DNA of 64,000 bases from Carcharhinus amblyrhynchos. Its lineage: Eukaryota. Below the pieces are notes generated by a model. That model did not search any database. It saw only the letters and a list, made by a program, of their open reading frames with translations, and had not been told where the DNA came from. The DNA is taken from positions 46,872,001-46,936,000 of the forward strand of contig OZ336871.1 in the NCBI GenBank assembly GCA_965287045.1, read 5' to 3'. Positions 37,931 to 49,699 of this stretch are shown here, piece by piece; the stretch's first letter is position 1, and every line of letters begins with the position of its first letter. Both the position numbers and the translations under genes were made by a program.

Positions 37931-38193
37931 GGGCTGGAATATTTGACATGTTTTCCCACCAACATCTGCAGCGGAAAACACTCTGGGGGTGTGGGGTTTG
38001 GGGGGGGAGCGCAGGGTGGAATTTTCCAGTCCTGCCTGCCATGGGAATTGTAGTAGATGGGGGCAGGCCATGCAAACGCCCATTGACCTCGGGCAGGATT
38101 TTCTGGTTTTGGGGCGAGTGTGGCTGGAAAATCTCATCCTCCATTTTCCTGTCCTGCCATGGCACTTAGTCTCAAAGTGGGAGAATACTGCGC
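37931..38193. mobile_element. MITE with a nested ~125-bp MITE (38014-38139)
   Basis: Inner termini GGGTGGAATTTTCC / GGAAAATCTCATCC. The internal CCATTGACCTCGGG is the reverse complement of CCCGAGGTCAATGG in the 62457 copy. The outer right end matches the reverse complement of 738-775. Confidence 0.6.
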
Positions 38194-38301
38194 CAAGTCC
38201 CAGCATTTCTTTGCAATCGTACCAACACATTAAGTATAGAGTACATTTTCAATATGTATATTCAACTGATCTGACTACCGCAGTAATCTAATAGGTTTTA
38301 A

Positions 38302-38635
38302 GGGCGGATGGTTAGCACTAGTGGCTCACAGTGCCAGGCACCCACGTTCCATTCTGGCCTTGGGTGATTGTCTGTGCGGAGTTAGCATATTCTCCCTGTG
38401 TCTGCATGGGTTTCCCCCAGCTGCTCTGGTTTCCTCCCACAGTCCAAAGATGAGCAGTTTAAGTGGATTGGCCACGCTAAAATTGCCCCTTGGATGTGTA
38501 GGTAAGGTGGATTGAAGTTCAATGCATAGGTTTACGTGGATAGGGTGGGGGACTGGGACTAAGTAGAGTGCTCTTTTGGAGAGTCAGTGCAGACTTGATG
38601 GGCTGATCAGCATCCTTCTGCACTGTAGGGATTTC
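38302..38635 (+). mobile_element. HE1-type V-SINE (tRNA head, V domain, CR1-derived tail)
   Basis: GGTTAGCACT..CTCACAGTGCCAGG head, V-domain GGGTTTCCCCCAGCTGCTCTGGTTTCCTCCCACAGTCCAAAGA, tail GATGGGCTGA..CCTTCTGCACTGTAGGGATT. Confidence 0.85.
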
Positions 38636-39377
38636 ATTCCATACTGGATTTCTTTGTCAGATGATTTAAACATTGAAGCAAATAGCAAAAATGCACTGTT
38701 TCCTTCCCTAATATGTACCATTTTGGAGTTCAGGTAGATTCTACTTCTGGCTTCAAACCCCCTCAGACTGACAAGGTGATCATTAAGCACATTTTAATTC
38801 TTCCATTCAATAAAACAATAAGACCCATAGTTTAGCATCTAATCATTTCTTAAATAATTCCAGGATTATTGTCTCCATTACTTCAGGTGGAAGGTCATTC
38901 TATATGTCGATCACTTTGGGGAATGTTAACGTTTATTACCAGGTGGAAAAGTGGTGACAGCAAAATGACATCTTGTTTTACCACTCACCTTGTTTTCTTT
39001 CTGCAGGAAAAGATGTAAAAGAGGTGACTGATTTTTAATCATATGTTTCTCACACAGCAACAAGAGTTAAAATCTTTCTTTTGTGTGAAGAGGGACATCC
39101 TGAACCATTCTGAAATGTAGAAATTTCAAGTGATGTCCCGATTGTCCTATTCATGCATTTTAGTTTAAAGTAAATTTCATATTTACCTTTCCCGTTATCT
39201 TTATTGCCCATCTTTACAAAATCCTCCCTGTCAAGCTTATAAGATCTGCTTTTGCATCACAGTAACAATGGTCTGAATAATATGCTCCAAGATTGCGAGT
39301 GTTTCCCGCTCTATTATGGGATGCAATGCTATTGGGTAACTGTTTACAACACTTTAATGCTGGTTTCTGCTGTTTCT

Positions 39378-39670
39378 GGGCAGCATGGTGGTTAGCACTA
39401 TTACCTCACAGTGCCAGGGACCGGGTTTAATTCAGGCCTTAGGTCACTATCTGTATGGAGTTCTCCCCACATCTCTGTGGGTTTCCTGCAAGTGCTCCCA
39501 CTGTCCAAAGACATTCTGGTTGACTGGCCACGGTAATTTGCCTCTTGGTGTCAGGGATATTAATTGACAGGGCAAACGCATGGGATTGCAGAAATAGGCC
39601 TGTTGTCAGTGCAGGCTCAATGGGCTGAATGGCCTCCTTCTGCACATTAAGAATTCTATGTTTCTATGAC
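39378..39670 (+). mobile_element. HE1-type V-SINE
   Basis: Same head and V-domain motifs. Tail ATGGGCTGAATGGCCTCCTTCTGCAC...TTCTATGTTTCTATG. Confidence 0.82.
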
Positions 39671-40307
39671 TTATGTTTCTAAGATACATGGATATGGCAC
39701 GTGGATGGGTCAAAAAGTTGGGAATCTGTCCAGGTTATTTAAGTATCAATTGAAAAGACAATTGAGCTAAATAACTACCTATCTTACTGCAATAATGTGG
39801 TCAGAAGGCAATAATTCACCTTCAGGGTAAGATTTATGATAGGTGGGGATCTGTTTTTTAAGGGCAAGCATGTTTGGGTGAGTTATAAAACTGAACTTCA
39901 GTAGCTATGCAATTCAAACTCCATTGACTAAAGGGACTGTTTATTTGAGTGGACAAAGTAACCCTGTAGGATATTGTTTCAGGAGGAGGACTGTCCTCTG
40001 AGTTAGGGGGCTCTTTATTTTCCTCTCTGTACCTGGGAATGAGAGGTGAAAAGTGTCTGAGACAAACAGTGATTGTGGTCTCAGTTGGTGATGAAACCTC
40101 CAGTGAAGAGATGAGAAGGGTAGGAGGAGGTGGAGGAGGAGGGTGTGAGGAAGAAAGGAACAGAGTGGGGCTCAGTACACTGTGGTTCCTCATGGAGGTG
40201 ACAGAGCATTGCCAGACCCTGAGAGTCAGAAGGAACCCAGAAACTGTCAATGGAGGTTCAGATGAGCCTATGCTGCCCCAAGGGTATGCAGTCAGTGATA
40301 AAGTTAC

Positions 40308-40540
40308 CTGCAACTGACCTCATGAAATCATTGAGCCTTTTGTGGCACTGGGACCAAAGTTCTTCTCACCATGTCAACACTGGTGACCTTGTTGGCCACT
40401 TCCTCCCACGCAGCATGAGTCTGCCTGGGTTTCCTCCTCTTCTCAGTGCTTGGCATAAGTTGGTTGTGTCTAGCATGTACTGCACACAGGTCAGCACCAA
40501 GAATGGCCTCACTTTATCTGTGGGCAACTTTGCCCCTTAC
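40308..40540 (-). pseudogene. Fossil Myb/SANT-like DNA-binding protein exon of PIF/Harbinger type (NAIF1/MSANTD-like)
   Basis: Manual minus-strand translation: RGKVAHR*SEAILGADLCAVHARHNQLMPSTEKRRKPRQTHAAWEEVANKVTSVDMVRRTLV/(frameshift)QCHKRLNDFMRS, followed by a donor-like CAG|GTAAC. One stop and one frameshift. Confidence 0.7.
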
Positions 40541-41538
40541 AGAATGCTTCCCTCCTTGCTTCGAAGGGGCAGACATATATGCATGGAAATATGTAAAACT
40601 TGTACAACCCCTCAATGCCAAAGGCGGGAGACTTGCTGAATTGTAAACATTGTGCCACCTATAAAGATTCATATAGTTGGCAGAGATTAGCTCAATTTTA
40701 GATTGACTCACCTGGTGAGAATAGAAAATTCACAATTCTTCATGGTGTAAAGTTTCTGCTCTCCAGGGATCATCTGATGGATCTCTTGAGACTATTCCAT
40801 GCCCTTTCAAATGCTGGCTGTTACCTTGTTCTGTATCACAACCTGTGGCATCTGAGACTGGACATCCTACTCTCCAGCACTCACTGGGTACGATGATGGT
40901 CTGTAACCTGCCCTTACTGCTAACTGTTGGCAATTATCATATTATTGGGCATGCAGCAATGATGGGCATGGAAGTTGGAATGCTACCAGCCTCCAGGTGC
41001 AGAACCCACCATTGACATACAGGTGCATTATTCAGCCCAATATTTGCCTGATTACTTTCCTATGGAGTACCTTGAGACATCTTCTTTAATTAATGTAATT
41101 ATATCATACAGTGAAGTGTGAATCTTAGCTGTTTTTGGAGCTGCTGGCCTCAAATGTCACCCAGTCACAAGTTATATTGTGATATGCGGTGGCTCCTCAG
41201 CTGAAAGATCATTGTGATACTTTTGTGTAATTTTTCTCATGATAAATCCCAGGGTCCACATCTGTAAAGCATTTTGTCCATGTAATTTTGGTAATCGATT
41301 GCATAATTTGGTCATTGGGACATTACTGTTTTCTGAAAAGTTAATTTCGAACGTCCCAGTTAAGATTTAAATGAAAACATTAAAAGAATTATATATTTCA
41401 CAAAAGCACAACAAAATTAGTTTTGCTTTGATCAGTGGTGCCTTTTTATACCTTTGTCAAAATGTTTACTTCAAGGTCTCAGTCTATTCCAAACTGAGAT
41501 AGGTTTGTAATTGATATTTTTCAATTACAAACCTATCT

Positions 41539-42228
41539 CGAATGGGATGCTGGCCTTCACAGGAAGGCGAATGGGATGCTGGCCTTCATCGCGAGGGGGA
41601 TTGAATATAAAAGTGGGGAGGTCTTGCTGTGGCTGTATAGGCATTGGTGAGGCCGCAGCTGGAGTACTGTGTGCAGTTTTGGACGCCGTACTTACGCAAG
41701 GATATTTTAGCCTTGGAGGGAGTGCAGAGGAGGTTTACTAGGCTGATGCCGGAGTTGAGGGGGTTGAACTATGAGGAGAGGCTGAATAGATTAGGCTTGT
41801 ACTCGTTAGAGTTTAGAAGAATGAGGGGAGATCTCATTGAGACGTATAAGATGATGAATGGGATGGATAGGATTGAGGTGGAGAGACTCTTCCCGCTCAG
41901 AAAGGATAGTAGGACTAGGGGGCATAGCCTCAAGATAAAGGGGGGGGGGTGGTTTAGAACAGAGTTGAGAAGGAACTTCTTCACTCAAAGGGTGGTGAAT
42001 CTCTGGAATTCTCTGCCCATTGAAGTGGTGGAGGCTGCCTCGCTAAATATTTTTAAGACGCGGGTTGATGGGTTTTTGATGAGAGAGGGGATTAAGGATT
42101 ATGGGGAGAGGGTGGGAATGTGGAACTGAGCCACGACAGATCAGCCATGATCTTATTGAATGGCGGGGCAGGCTCGAAGGGCTAGTTGGCCTACTCCTGC
42201 TCCTATTTCTTATGTTCTTATGTTCTTA
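41539..42228 (+). mobile_element. Young 5'-truncated CR1 LINE 3' end
   Basis: 161-aa uninterrupted ORF VRPQLEYCVQFWTPYLRKD...RNFFTQRVVNLWNSLP, a CR1 3' UTR, a (TTCTTATG)n tail and retained CpGs. Confidence 0.95.
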
Positions 42229-42290
42229 AATTTTTACCCTGTACTGTTATCAATTAACTTTAGATATTGCAATCTAAAATATTCAGTAAC

Positions 42291-42375
42291 AAGTCTCACA
42301 ACACCAGGTTAAAGTCCAACATTTCTATTTGGAATCACAAGCTTTCGGAGTGTTGCTGCTTCATCAGGGGAGTGA
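42291..42375 (-). repeat. Penelope-like pseudo-LTR fragment with intact hammerhead core boxes
   Basis: Minus strand reads CTGATGA-AGCAGCAACACTCC-GAAA-GCTT-GTGAT. The remainder matches 7342-7380. Confidence 0.65.
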
Positions 42376-42389
42376 TGAGTGGGTTTCCT

Positions 42390-43790
42390 AGGCCTTAACA
42401 TATATGTTGTATTTCTTGAGGTAAGTTTTTGGGGTGTCTTTGAAGCACTTCCTTTGTTCCCCTCTTGTTTAATAGCCTTCCTTAAGCTGGGTGAAGAAGA
42501 TTTGCTTCGGCAGTCAGAACTCTGACACATTAAGCGCATGACCAGCCCAGTGGAGTTGGTTTTGGAAGATCATGGCCTGGAAGCTAGCGCTCTTAGCTCC
42601 TTCAAGGTTGCTGCAGTTAGTATGCCTATCCTACCAGCTGATGCAGAGAATCTATGTCAGAGAGCATTGATAGTTCTTCTACAGGGCCTTGAGTCCAAGT
42701 TTCTCAGCCATATAGAAGAGTTGGGAGGATGATTGCCTTGTACATTAGGATCCTATCAGCATGAATGCTACAGTCATCAAAGTCTGTCATCTTCAGGCCT
42801 CCAAAAATGGCACCTGTGAATTGGACACAATGTTGAATCTCCACATCAATGTCAGCCGTACATGAAAGACAGCTCCTTCGGTAGGAGAAATGTTCCACAT
42901 TGGGAGGTTTCTCCATTGACCTTGATGGAGGAAGAGACCAGATCTTGCCCTAGGGCAGGTTATCAGAAGACTTGAGTCTTCTTGAGGTTGAGGTTGAGGC
43001 TCAGACCAATTCTTTGGTCTGTTTCCGTGAAGCTGTCAGGTATGGCTTGGAGATTCTGAGAATGCAGAGATGGCGATGTCATCCACATATTTTAGTTCCA
43101 CGAGAGATGTCAGTATCGTTTACTTCTTGGTAAATAAGCCTGCTTGATCTACCACAGGTAGACAGGCCCGCTGCATCTACTTCAGGTAGATGAGTCCACT
43201 GGATCTACCACAGGTTAACAGGCATGCTGGATCTACTGCAGATAGATGAGTCTACTAGATCTACCACAGGTTAACGGGCACGCTGGATCTACTGCAGATA
43301 GGTGAGCCCACTGGAGCTATAGCAGGTGGGTGAGTCCACCAAATGTGATTTGCCAGTCAGGTTGCAGATGGAACAGACTATTTTTAAGGCACTTTTTCGA
43401 TGTTGCATTTCTTGCAACACCCCGCATAGAGGGGTGAGCATAGTAGATCCTGAAGAGAGCTGCTCAGCCGTGAAGGAAGTGGCTGAAAAGCTCTCCTTTT
43501 CTTATTCTAAGACAACTGAGTCAAACTCCACTGCCTGTTTGCCAACATGAATCTAGGGACTTCCAGATCTCATGATCCTGTCCCCGTGACCTCTCAGCGA
43601 TTGCCACAGGGCTTGTTTGCATGGTTGGATGTGGTTTCCTGTACGTAGACATCTGGTGCGGGACATCTTTTAAAATGGGAATTCCATTGCACATTAGCAA
43701 ACACTTGGTACTTGACAGAAAGTAGCTCCACTTTCAGTGGCAAGGAAATCTCGCCAACTGGGGATTTCCCTACTGCTTCAGCCTCCATCT
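42390..43790 (-). mobile_element. RTE-clade LINE (degraded RT region)
   Basis: Minus-strand NVEHFSY..CLS..ADIDVEIQH, MYKAIILPTLLYG, QNQLHWAGH and QRKCFKDT match RTE C-terminal motifs. Confidence 0.8.
43147..43340. repeat. Minisatellite, 7 x 28 bp, alternating A/B units (56-bp higher order)
   Basis: Units begin ATCTAC every 28 bp. A type is ATCTACCACAGGTTAACAGGCATGCTGG and B type is ATCTACTGCAGATAGATGAGTCTACTAG. Confidence 0.9.
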
Positions 43791-44349
43791 GCCATTGCAG
43801 CCATTAATATCACATGAGTGTCTTTGCCAGATCCATTTTGGATTGCACTTTGCCTGGTTCTGCCCTTTCAACCTTACTGTCATGCAAGACCATCCAGGAA
43901 TTTATTGCAGCGATCACGAGATCGACTCAGAAATGCTCGAGCCTCTCCACCAAGCAAGGCAGCAAGCCACAGAAAGGATTGCACAAGTACTATTCAATGA
44001 GCTATATAACGGATAATATACCATTGACCTCAACAGTTCTTCCTCAGTTATTTTCCAGAATTATTTGGAGAAAAACTAGAGGACAAATTTTGAAAACTAC
44101 AAGTGAAATTCCTTGAATTTTTTTTTGAACGGTGGGATGTACATCTTTCACTGATGTGTTCATGTGACTGCAAGGCAGTGAAAGAAAATGAATGTACCTG
44201 TTGCAGCCTTTGTCCCATAAACCTGAGTAAATGTTTTAACTGAGGAAGTGAGATAGATTTCATGTTAGCCAAGCAATTAAAAAAATTCAGTTGAATTTTG
44301 AAATCCATTATCATGTCTGCTAACTTGTAATAATAAGTTTGAGAAGCTC

Positions 44350-45855
44350 TTCATCATGAAGCTGATACAATTATCTGCCTCTGTCAATTCCCTCCCTTCT
44401 TTTTAGCCCACTTTGCAATACTTCCTCTACAGTTTTATCCTGCCCTAATCCGTACGTCACACAATTCTGTAGTTTTTCTCCTGCCTCCCCTCTTATCCTT
44501 TCCAAGTTCCTCTTGTCTATGTCTGCCACCTGCTCCCGAGCTCCCACTCAACTGCCGTTCACTGAAATTCCCCTCCTGGTGTTAGCCAATATTGTAAATA
44601 CTTCTCTCCCCTCAGATGCTGTCCTCAACTCAATAAAATCTGCTGTCATTGCCACAATAAATGACCCCAACATCATTGCAAATTACCACCTCATTTCCAA
44701 TCACTCTTTTCTCTCTGAAACCCTTCAACACATTGTTACCTCGCAAATCTGCACCTATCTTTTTCAGAGCAATACGTTTGAATTCCTCAAATCATGTTTC
44801 CCATTCCTGTCAGAATACCGAAACAGCTCTGATCAAAGTGAGAAATGAAATCCTCTGGAAAATGTAAACGATTCCTTGCCACCCCTCCCAAACTCTCCGC
44901 AGCCTTCAACACAATCAAGTGAACCATCCTCCTCTACTTTTGACCAATTGACTGAATTTTTTGCTTCAGTTATAGCCAGGGTCTCACTTGCAATGGCTTC
45001 TCTTTTCATTCACACGCCACCACCTATCCTTAGCTACCCCCTGTACTCAGCAGCATGATCTGGAAACACAGGGCAAGTGTCTACAGGTACACGGATGACA
45101 TTCAGCTCTAGCTCAGTACAAGCTCTCTTTTCTTCTATTGATAATTTATCAGACTGCTTGCCTGGTATTCACTACTAAATGAGCTGTAATTTAGTCAAAT
45201 TAAATGTTGGAAGTCCAAAACCATTGTCTTCATTCCCCACTACAAACTCTGTTCCCTAGGTACCAACTTCATCCTTCCCCCAGCAACTATCTGAGCCTGA
45301 ACTAAACTTTTCACCTCCTTAGTGTCATATTTGACCCCAACATGAACTTCCCAAACCACTTTTTTATGCCAACACTATCTTTATTTCTGGAACATCACAA
45401 GATTCTGCTCCTGCCTTAGTTCACCAGCTACTGAAGGCCTCATCCATCCTTCTGTTTCTTCTAAACTTGACTATTCCAATGTATCTCTAGTTGGCATCCC
45501 ACGTCCTACCCTTTCTCAACTTTAGGTCATCCAAGACACTGTTGTCCTTACTCACACCAAAACTGTTCACCCATCACATGGTGCTCACTGGCCTGTGCTT
45601 TAAAATTCTCATCTCTGTTTTCAAATCCCTCCACAGTCTCATCCCTTGCTATTACTGCAGTCTACTCCAGTCCAACAGCCTTTTGAGTGCTCCTCTGTGA
45701 ATGTATTTCTAATTCTGGCCCATTTGTCATCCCTGATTTAAAGTGCTCCAACATTGGTCTTCTGCTGTCTGAGCTCTACACTCTGGAATTCCCTCCTTAA
45801 ACCTCTCTGCCTCTCTAAGTTCCTTTAAGAGACTCCTGAAGACCTACTTACTGTT
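44350..45855 (+). mobile_element. L2-clade LINE (degraded ORF2 RT to 3' end)
   Basis: LANIVNTSL, DPNIIANYHLISNHSFLSE and NTETALIKVRNEIL are degenerate L2 RT motifs (NYRPISNLPFLSK; HSTETALxKV). KLDYSN motif at ~45465. Confidence 0.85.
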
Positions 45856-46070
45856 GTTTGATGTTGTTATAATGGCAACACAGAAAGAGGCAGAAAAAGA
45901 AAGAGAGAGGGAGGAGAGAGGCAGACAGTTTTCTTCCTCATTATTATTTTACTTATTTTTTGCTGCAATTGAATTTTGAATGCCTTAAATATTTTTTCAG
46001 GAAACATGATTGCAAAGATCTGTAGGGTAGAGAAGGGGGTAGCAGGAGGACAAAACAATTTGGCTGGGAT

Positions 46071-46665
46071 TCTCCCAAACAAAAACTAAGTGCCCAAAGG
46101 ATGGGAAAACGGTAGTATTTCCCATTTGTATTTTGGGAGTACTTACCAGAGCAAATCTCTGACGCGCTGAGCATTGCTGAGTGCCTCAGCATGATTCATT
46201 CTGGTAAGCAAGGGATGGGGCCTAATCCTGCCCAAAAGGTCAGTAGCAAAGTGCATCGTCAGCTCTGTGCCAGTAATCGGGGGGGGAAGAAGTGGAGTGG
46301 GGTCGAGACTGGCCAGACATGTCCAGGAGGCCACTGATTGAGGGCTGGGGGATCGTATGGCCAGTGCTGTGGGGGGTTGCAGGGCTTGCCAGTGGTCAGG
46401 CTGGCCAGCAATTGGGAGGCTGGCAGTGTGGGGCTATTCGCATGCGCTGATCTTGGCACTGACAAATCGGCGCATGTGCAATAGCCTGCTCAGCACTATG
46501 TTGCTGGCCTGTCCAGTGGGAATAGGCCCCACTCACTGATTTTCAGTGAGATTCACGGTAGTACACTCTGCAGTGCATGGTGTGTGGAAGATTCATTTTG
46601 AAACTCCCACTGAAAAGAACCAGTGGGATTAACTCTAGTGTTCATGTGAATTTGACACTTCAGCC
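46071..46665. mobile_element. Non-autonomous DNA transposon (MITE-family termini)
   Basis: Starts GGCTGGGATTCTCCCAAACAAAAACTAAGTGCC, like the 738 and 38193 ends, and ends ...GACACTTCAGCCC. GC-rich interior with a CCCACTG...CAGTGGG hairpin. Confidence 0.55.
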
Positions 46666-48014
46666 CTATTTTTTTCACTATGCTATATATAAAAAAACCT
46701 GGAATCTGAAAAGGTACAGAAAACACATTTAAGATTCATCCAGGATGAGGAAAGGCATGAGATGATTAAATTTCATAGTTTAACCCAAGATTAGTTTTGA
46801 GAAAACCTTATTCTAATATTTAAAACTTATAAATTACGTAGTTAAAATGAACCCGTTTGCTTAAAACTTCATAGGGAAAATAAGACAAGCGATGATGAAA
46901 TGGAAATGTAGAAAATACATTTGAAACAGGCACTGGAGAAACTTCTTTATTCAAATAATTCTGTATGTTTGGCATATTCTACCAAAATTATGAAATTGGG
47001 TGAAAATATTGGAAGTATTCAAAATACAATGCCGTTCCAGGATAAACGATTTTATTTAGTCAAGGGTTGAGCAATTCTTTAGCTGAATGACTGTGGATTC
47101 AAAACCGTTCTCATGGTCTTATGTAATGATCGTCAGAAACTCACAATATATTCACATATAAACAATTTAGACAGTATTTCTCATGGTTGTTATCTTCAGC
47201 CTATTTCAAGTGATATCATCACAAAAGGGTATCTCATTGCTACCTGGTAGTCCAGATGTTCTCTGCTACACCCAGTGAGCCAGCTGGAGAACTGATATGC
47301 CAGACAAGTTCAAGGACGTTCTTTTACATAAGACACAGCTATGCTAATGCAGGTTCAGAAGTTTGATTTTTCTTTAATGTCAGTGTTCAATGATCACGCC
47401 TCAGTAATACCTATCTGAGAAGGTATTACCTTTAGTCATTGATCTGAAAATCGATTGGTCAGAGGAGTATCTTCAGGGGAATCATCAGTGGCTTTGTTTT
47501 GTGCGCTGATTGTTGCAACAAACCTGTTTATTCAGCTAGAGAACTCATATTGGAAACAGTAATGAAACATAAAGGTGTTTCAGTTTAAAGTTCCCTTGTT
47601 TCCCAAAGAGGGAAAGAAAGGATCAGTTGTCTACTTCTAATTCTCTTGTTCAATTAATTTGAAACAAAAAGATGAGAGATTTAACTTCATGGGATCTGAC
47701 AAATCAATGGAAACAATGATTGTCTTCTTTCAGTGTTCATCTGAAACAGAGGTCATCATAAATGTAGAGAAACAGCAGCCACTCAAAATGCTGCAGACAT
47801 ATCCAGTTCATTCTGGATTCTGAAAAAGAACCAAATATTAAAATTTGGGATGTACCCTGTTAGAAATGTACTGTTCAAACAGAGGTCAAGAGGCACCACC
47901 CTTTCTCTTCACCAACATTGAAAGATCTGATAATGCTAACTGGTTCAAATAAAAATGGATTATTGTCCACCATTTTCATTACCTCTAGCACGATAACATC
48001 TGCAAACATGAAGC

Positions 48015-48660
48015 ACGCCAAATGCAGACTGGATTACCACTTTGCTGAACATCTCCATTCTGCCCGCAAGCATGACTCTGAGCGTCCTGTCCTTGGTCAT
48101 TTTATTTCTACAATTTGCTCCCACTCTGATCTTTCTGTCTTTGGTCTGCTGAATGTTGCAATGAAGCTCAGTGCAACTTTTGAAGAATAGCACATTATCT
48201 TTTGATTGAGCACTTCACAGACTTCCAGACTCAACATTGAGTCAAATAGATGCGATCTTAGTGACCATACATTGCCACTGTCCTGCTACAGCGAGCTTGG
48301 AGAACTTGGCACCTAGCTAAAATCCCACTGGCATGACAGCCAGGCCCATATCTCTGCTTCTCCCATTTTATTTCATGGTTCTTTGTTTTGGTTTGTACTC
48401 TAATTTCCCTCTTATTTCCTTTGAGTTCAGATGACAGATATCTACACTTTTACAACTCCTCTAGACACATCTTTTATTTCTTTACTTACCTCATTACTGT
48501 TCCTTGCACCATAAAACATGTTGTCATTTAATCTCTCCTGTTTCCCGCTGCAAAATAAACCTTCATATTTGTTCTTTTCCTTGCTCTAAACTTGACATTT
48601 CTAACTTTTCCTAGTTCTGATGGAAGGTCATCAACCTGAAATGTTAATCCCCTGGCTCCA
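48015..48660 (+). mobile_element. Penelope-like element 3' fragment (GIY-YIG C-terminus plus terminal repeat)
   Basis: KCRLDYHFAEHLHSARKHDSERPVLGHF parallels 62446-62640. Hammerhead-like CTGATGG-AAGGTCATCAACCT-GAAA at 48617-48641. Confidence 0.75.
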
Positions 48661-49054
48661 CAATGATGCCATTCTAGCTTCTTCTGTGCAGTTTTTAAAT
48701 AGCAATTGGCATTCACTCTGGACCAAATCTAGTTTCTTGAACAAAACAAATAAGTGTTAGACTGGTTATAACAGAAATGTAGAGGGCATAACCAACATTT
48801 GTCTTTATTTCAAATTTCCAGATTTCACAGTATTTTGATATCGAATTAAACACAACAGGCTCCTGTAGCTGACTGAGGTTTGAAATGCAGAAAGGACAGA
48901 TAACTCATTAAAATCACTTGTCGTGATAATGTAATGGAGGGCTTTAATGTCCCAGCTACATTTCAATACTAACCAGTCCAAAAAAGTTGTTTTGTTTAAA
49001 GAAGATAGATTTGGCCCAGAGTATTACTATTTAAAAAATGCCCAGAAGGAGCTG

Positions 49055-49240
49055 GAGTGGTTCATTGTATAGTTCTCTTATCTTTAAGATGGAAGGCACT
49101 GGGTTCAAGTCCCACTCCAGGACTTGTTGGCTAGGAAAGAATTCAGCCACTGATGCAGGCAAGTGAGTATTGGTGCTGCTGCAAAACCTGAATCGTGAGG
49201 TTTATTTGTAGGAAGAGCATCCGGCTGTAAAACCTGTTAT
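49055..49240 (+). mobile_element. tRNA-derived SINE fragment
   Basis: B-box GGGTTCAAGTCCC and the SINE tail-like motif GGAAGAGCATCCGGCTGTAAAACC. Confidence 0.5.
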
Positions 49241-49489
49241 GACAAGATGTGAAGGAGTGAACTGGCTCCCCTCTCGTTGCCTCTTCTGTTGATCACAACA
49301 AAGTTTAAGTTTCTTTTTTTCATGAGAACATGCCTTTTACATATACAAATATATTTAACTATTTATGCAGCCAGCAACAAGAAGCTAATCAAAAAAGGTT
49401 TTCTTGAGTTAAAGAAAAGCAAATTTGTTAATCACTCAACCCAAGAAAAAAACATAAAAATGCAACATCACACACGCAGGTATCAGAAG

Positions 49490-49625
49490 ACTCTTTGACA
49501 AAGGGTCATCTGGATTTGAAACGTCAGCTCTTTTCTCTCCTTACAGATGCTGCCAGACCTGCTGAGATTTTCCAGTGTTTTCTCTTTTGGTTTCAGATTC
49601 CAGCATCTGCAGTAATTTGCTTCTA
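49490..49625 (+). repeat. Penelope-type terminal repeat (solo) with hammerhead-like motif
   Basis: TTGACAA-AGGGTCATCTGGATTT-GAAACGTC followed by ACAGATGCTGCCAGACCTGCTGAG...CCAGCATCTGCAGTAATTTGC. Confidence 0.7.
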
Positions 49626-49699
49626 TCAGAAAGGGAGGGTCCAATAAAATAAGTTAAGAGGCGTAGATCATTAAAAGTTGTGGCTGACTTAGATTGGCT

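Noticed and set aside
38302-38370. tRNA gene-like heads here and at 7115, 39378, 49085, 60047 and 61439
   Set aside because: They are SINE heads with A/B boxes but no complete cloverleaf, so they are not tRNA genes.
40170-41060. Faint plus-strand resemblance to a Harbinger/HARBI1 transposase (e.g. YCTQV, GALFSP)
   Set aside because: The matches are too short, and part of the interval is better explained by the minus-strand Myb/SANT frame. It needs a frameshift-aware HMM search to be believed.
43147-43340. CRISPR-like regular 28-bp repeats
   Set aside because: Units are contiguous with no unique spacers, there are no cas genes, and the context is vertebrate. It is a minisatellite.
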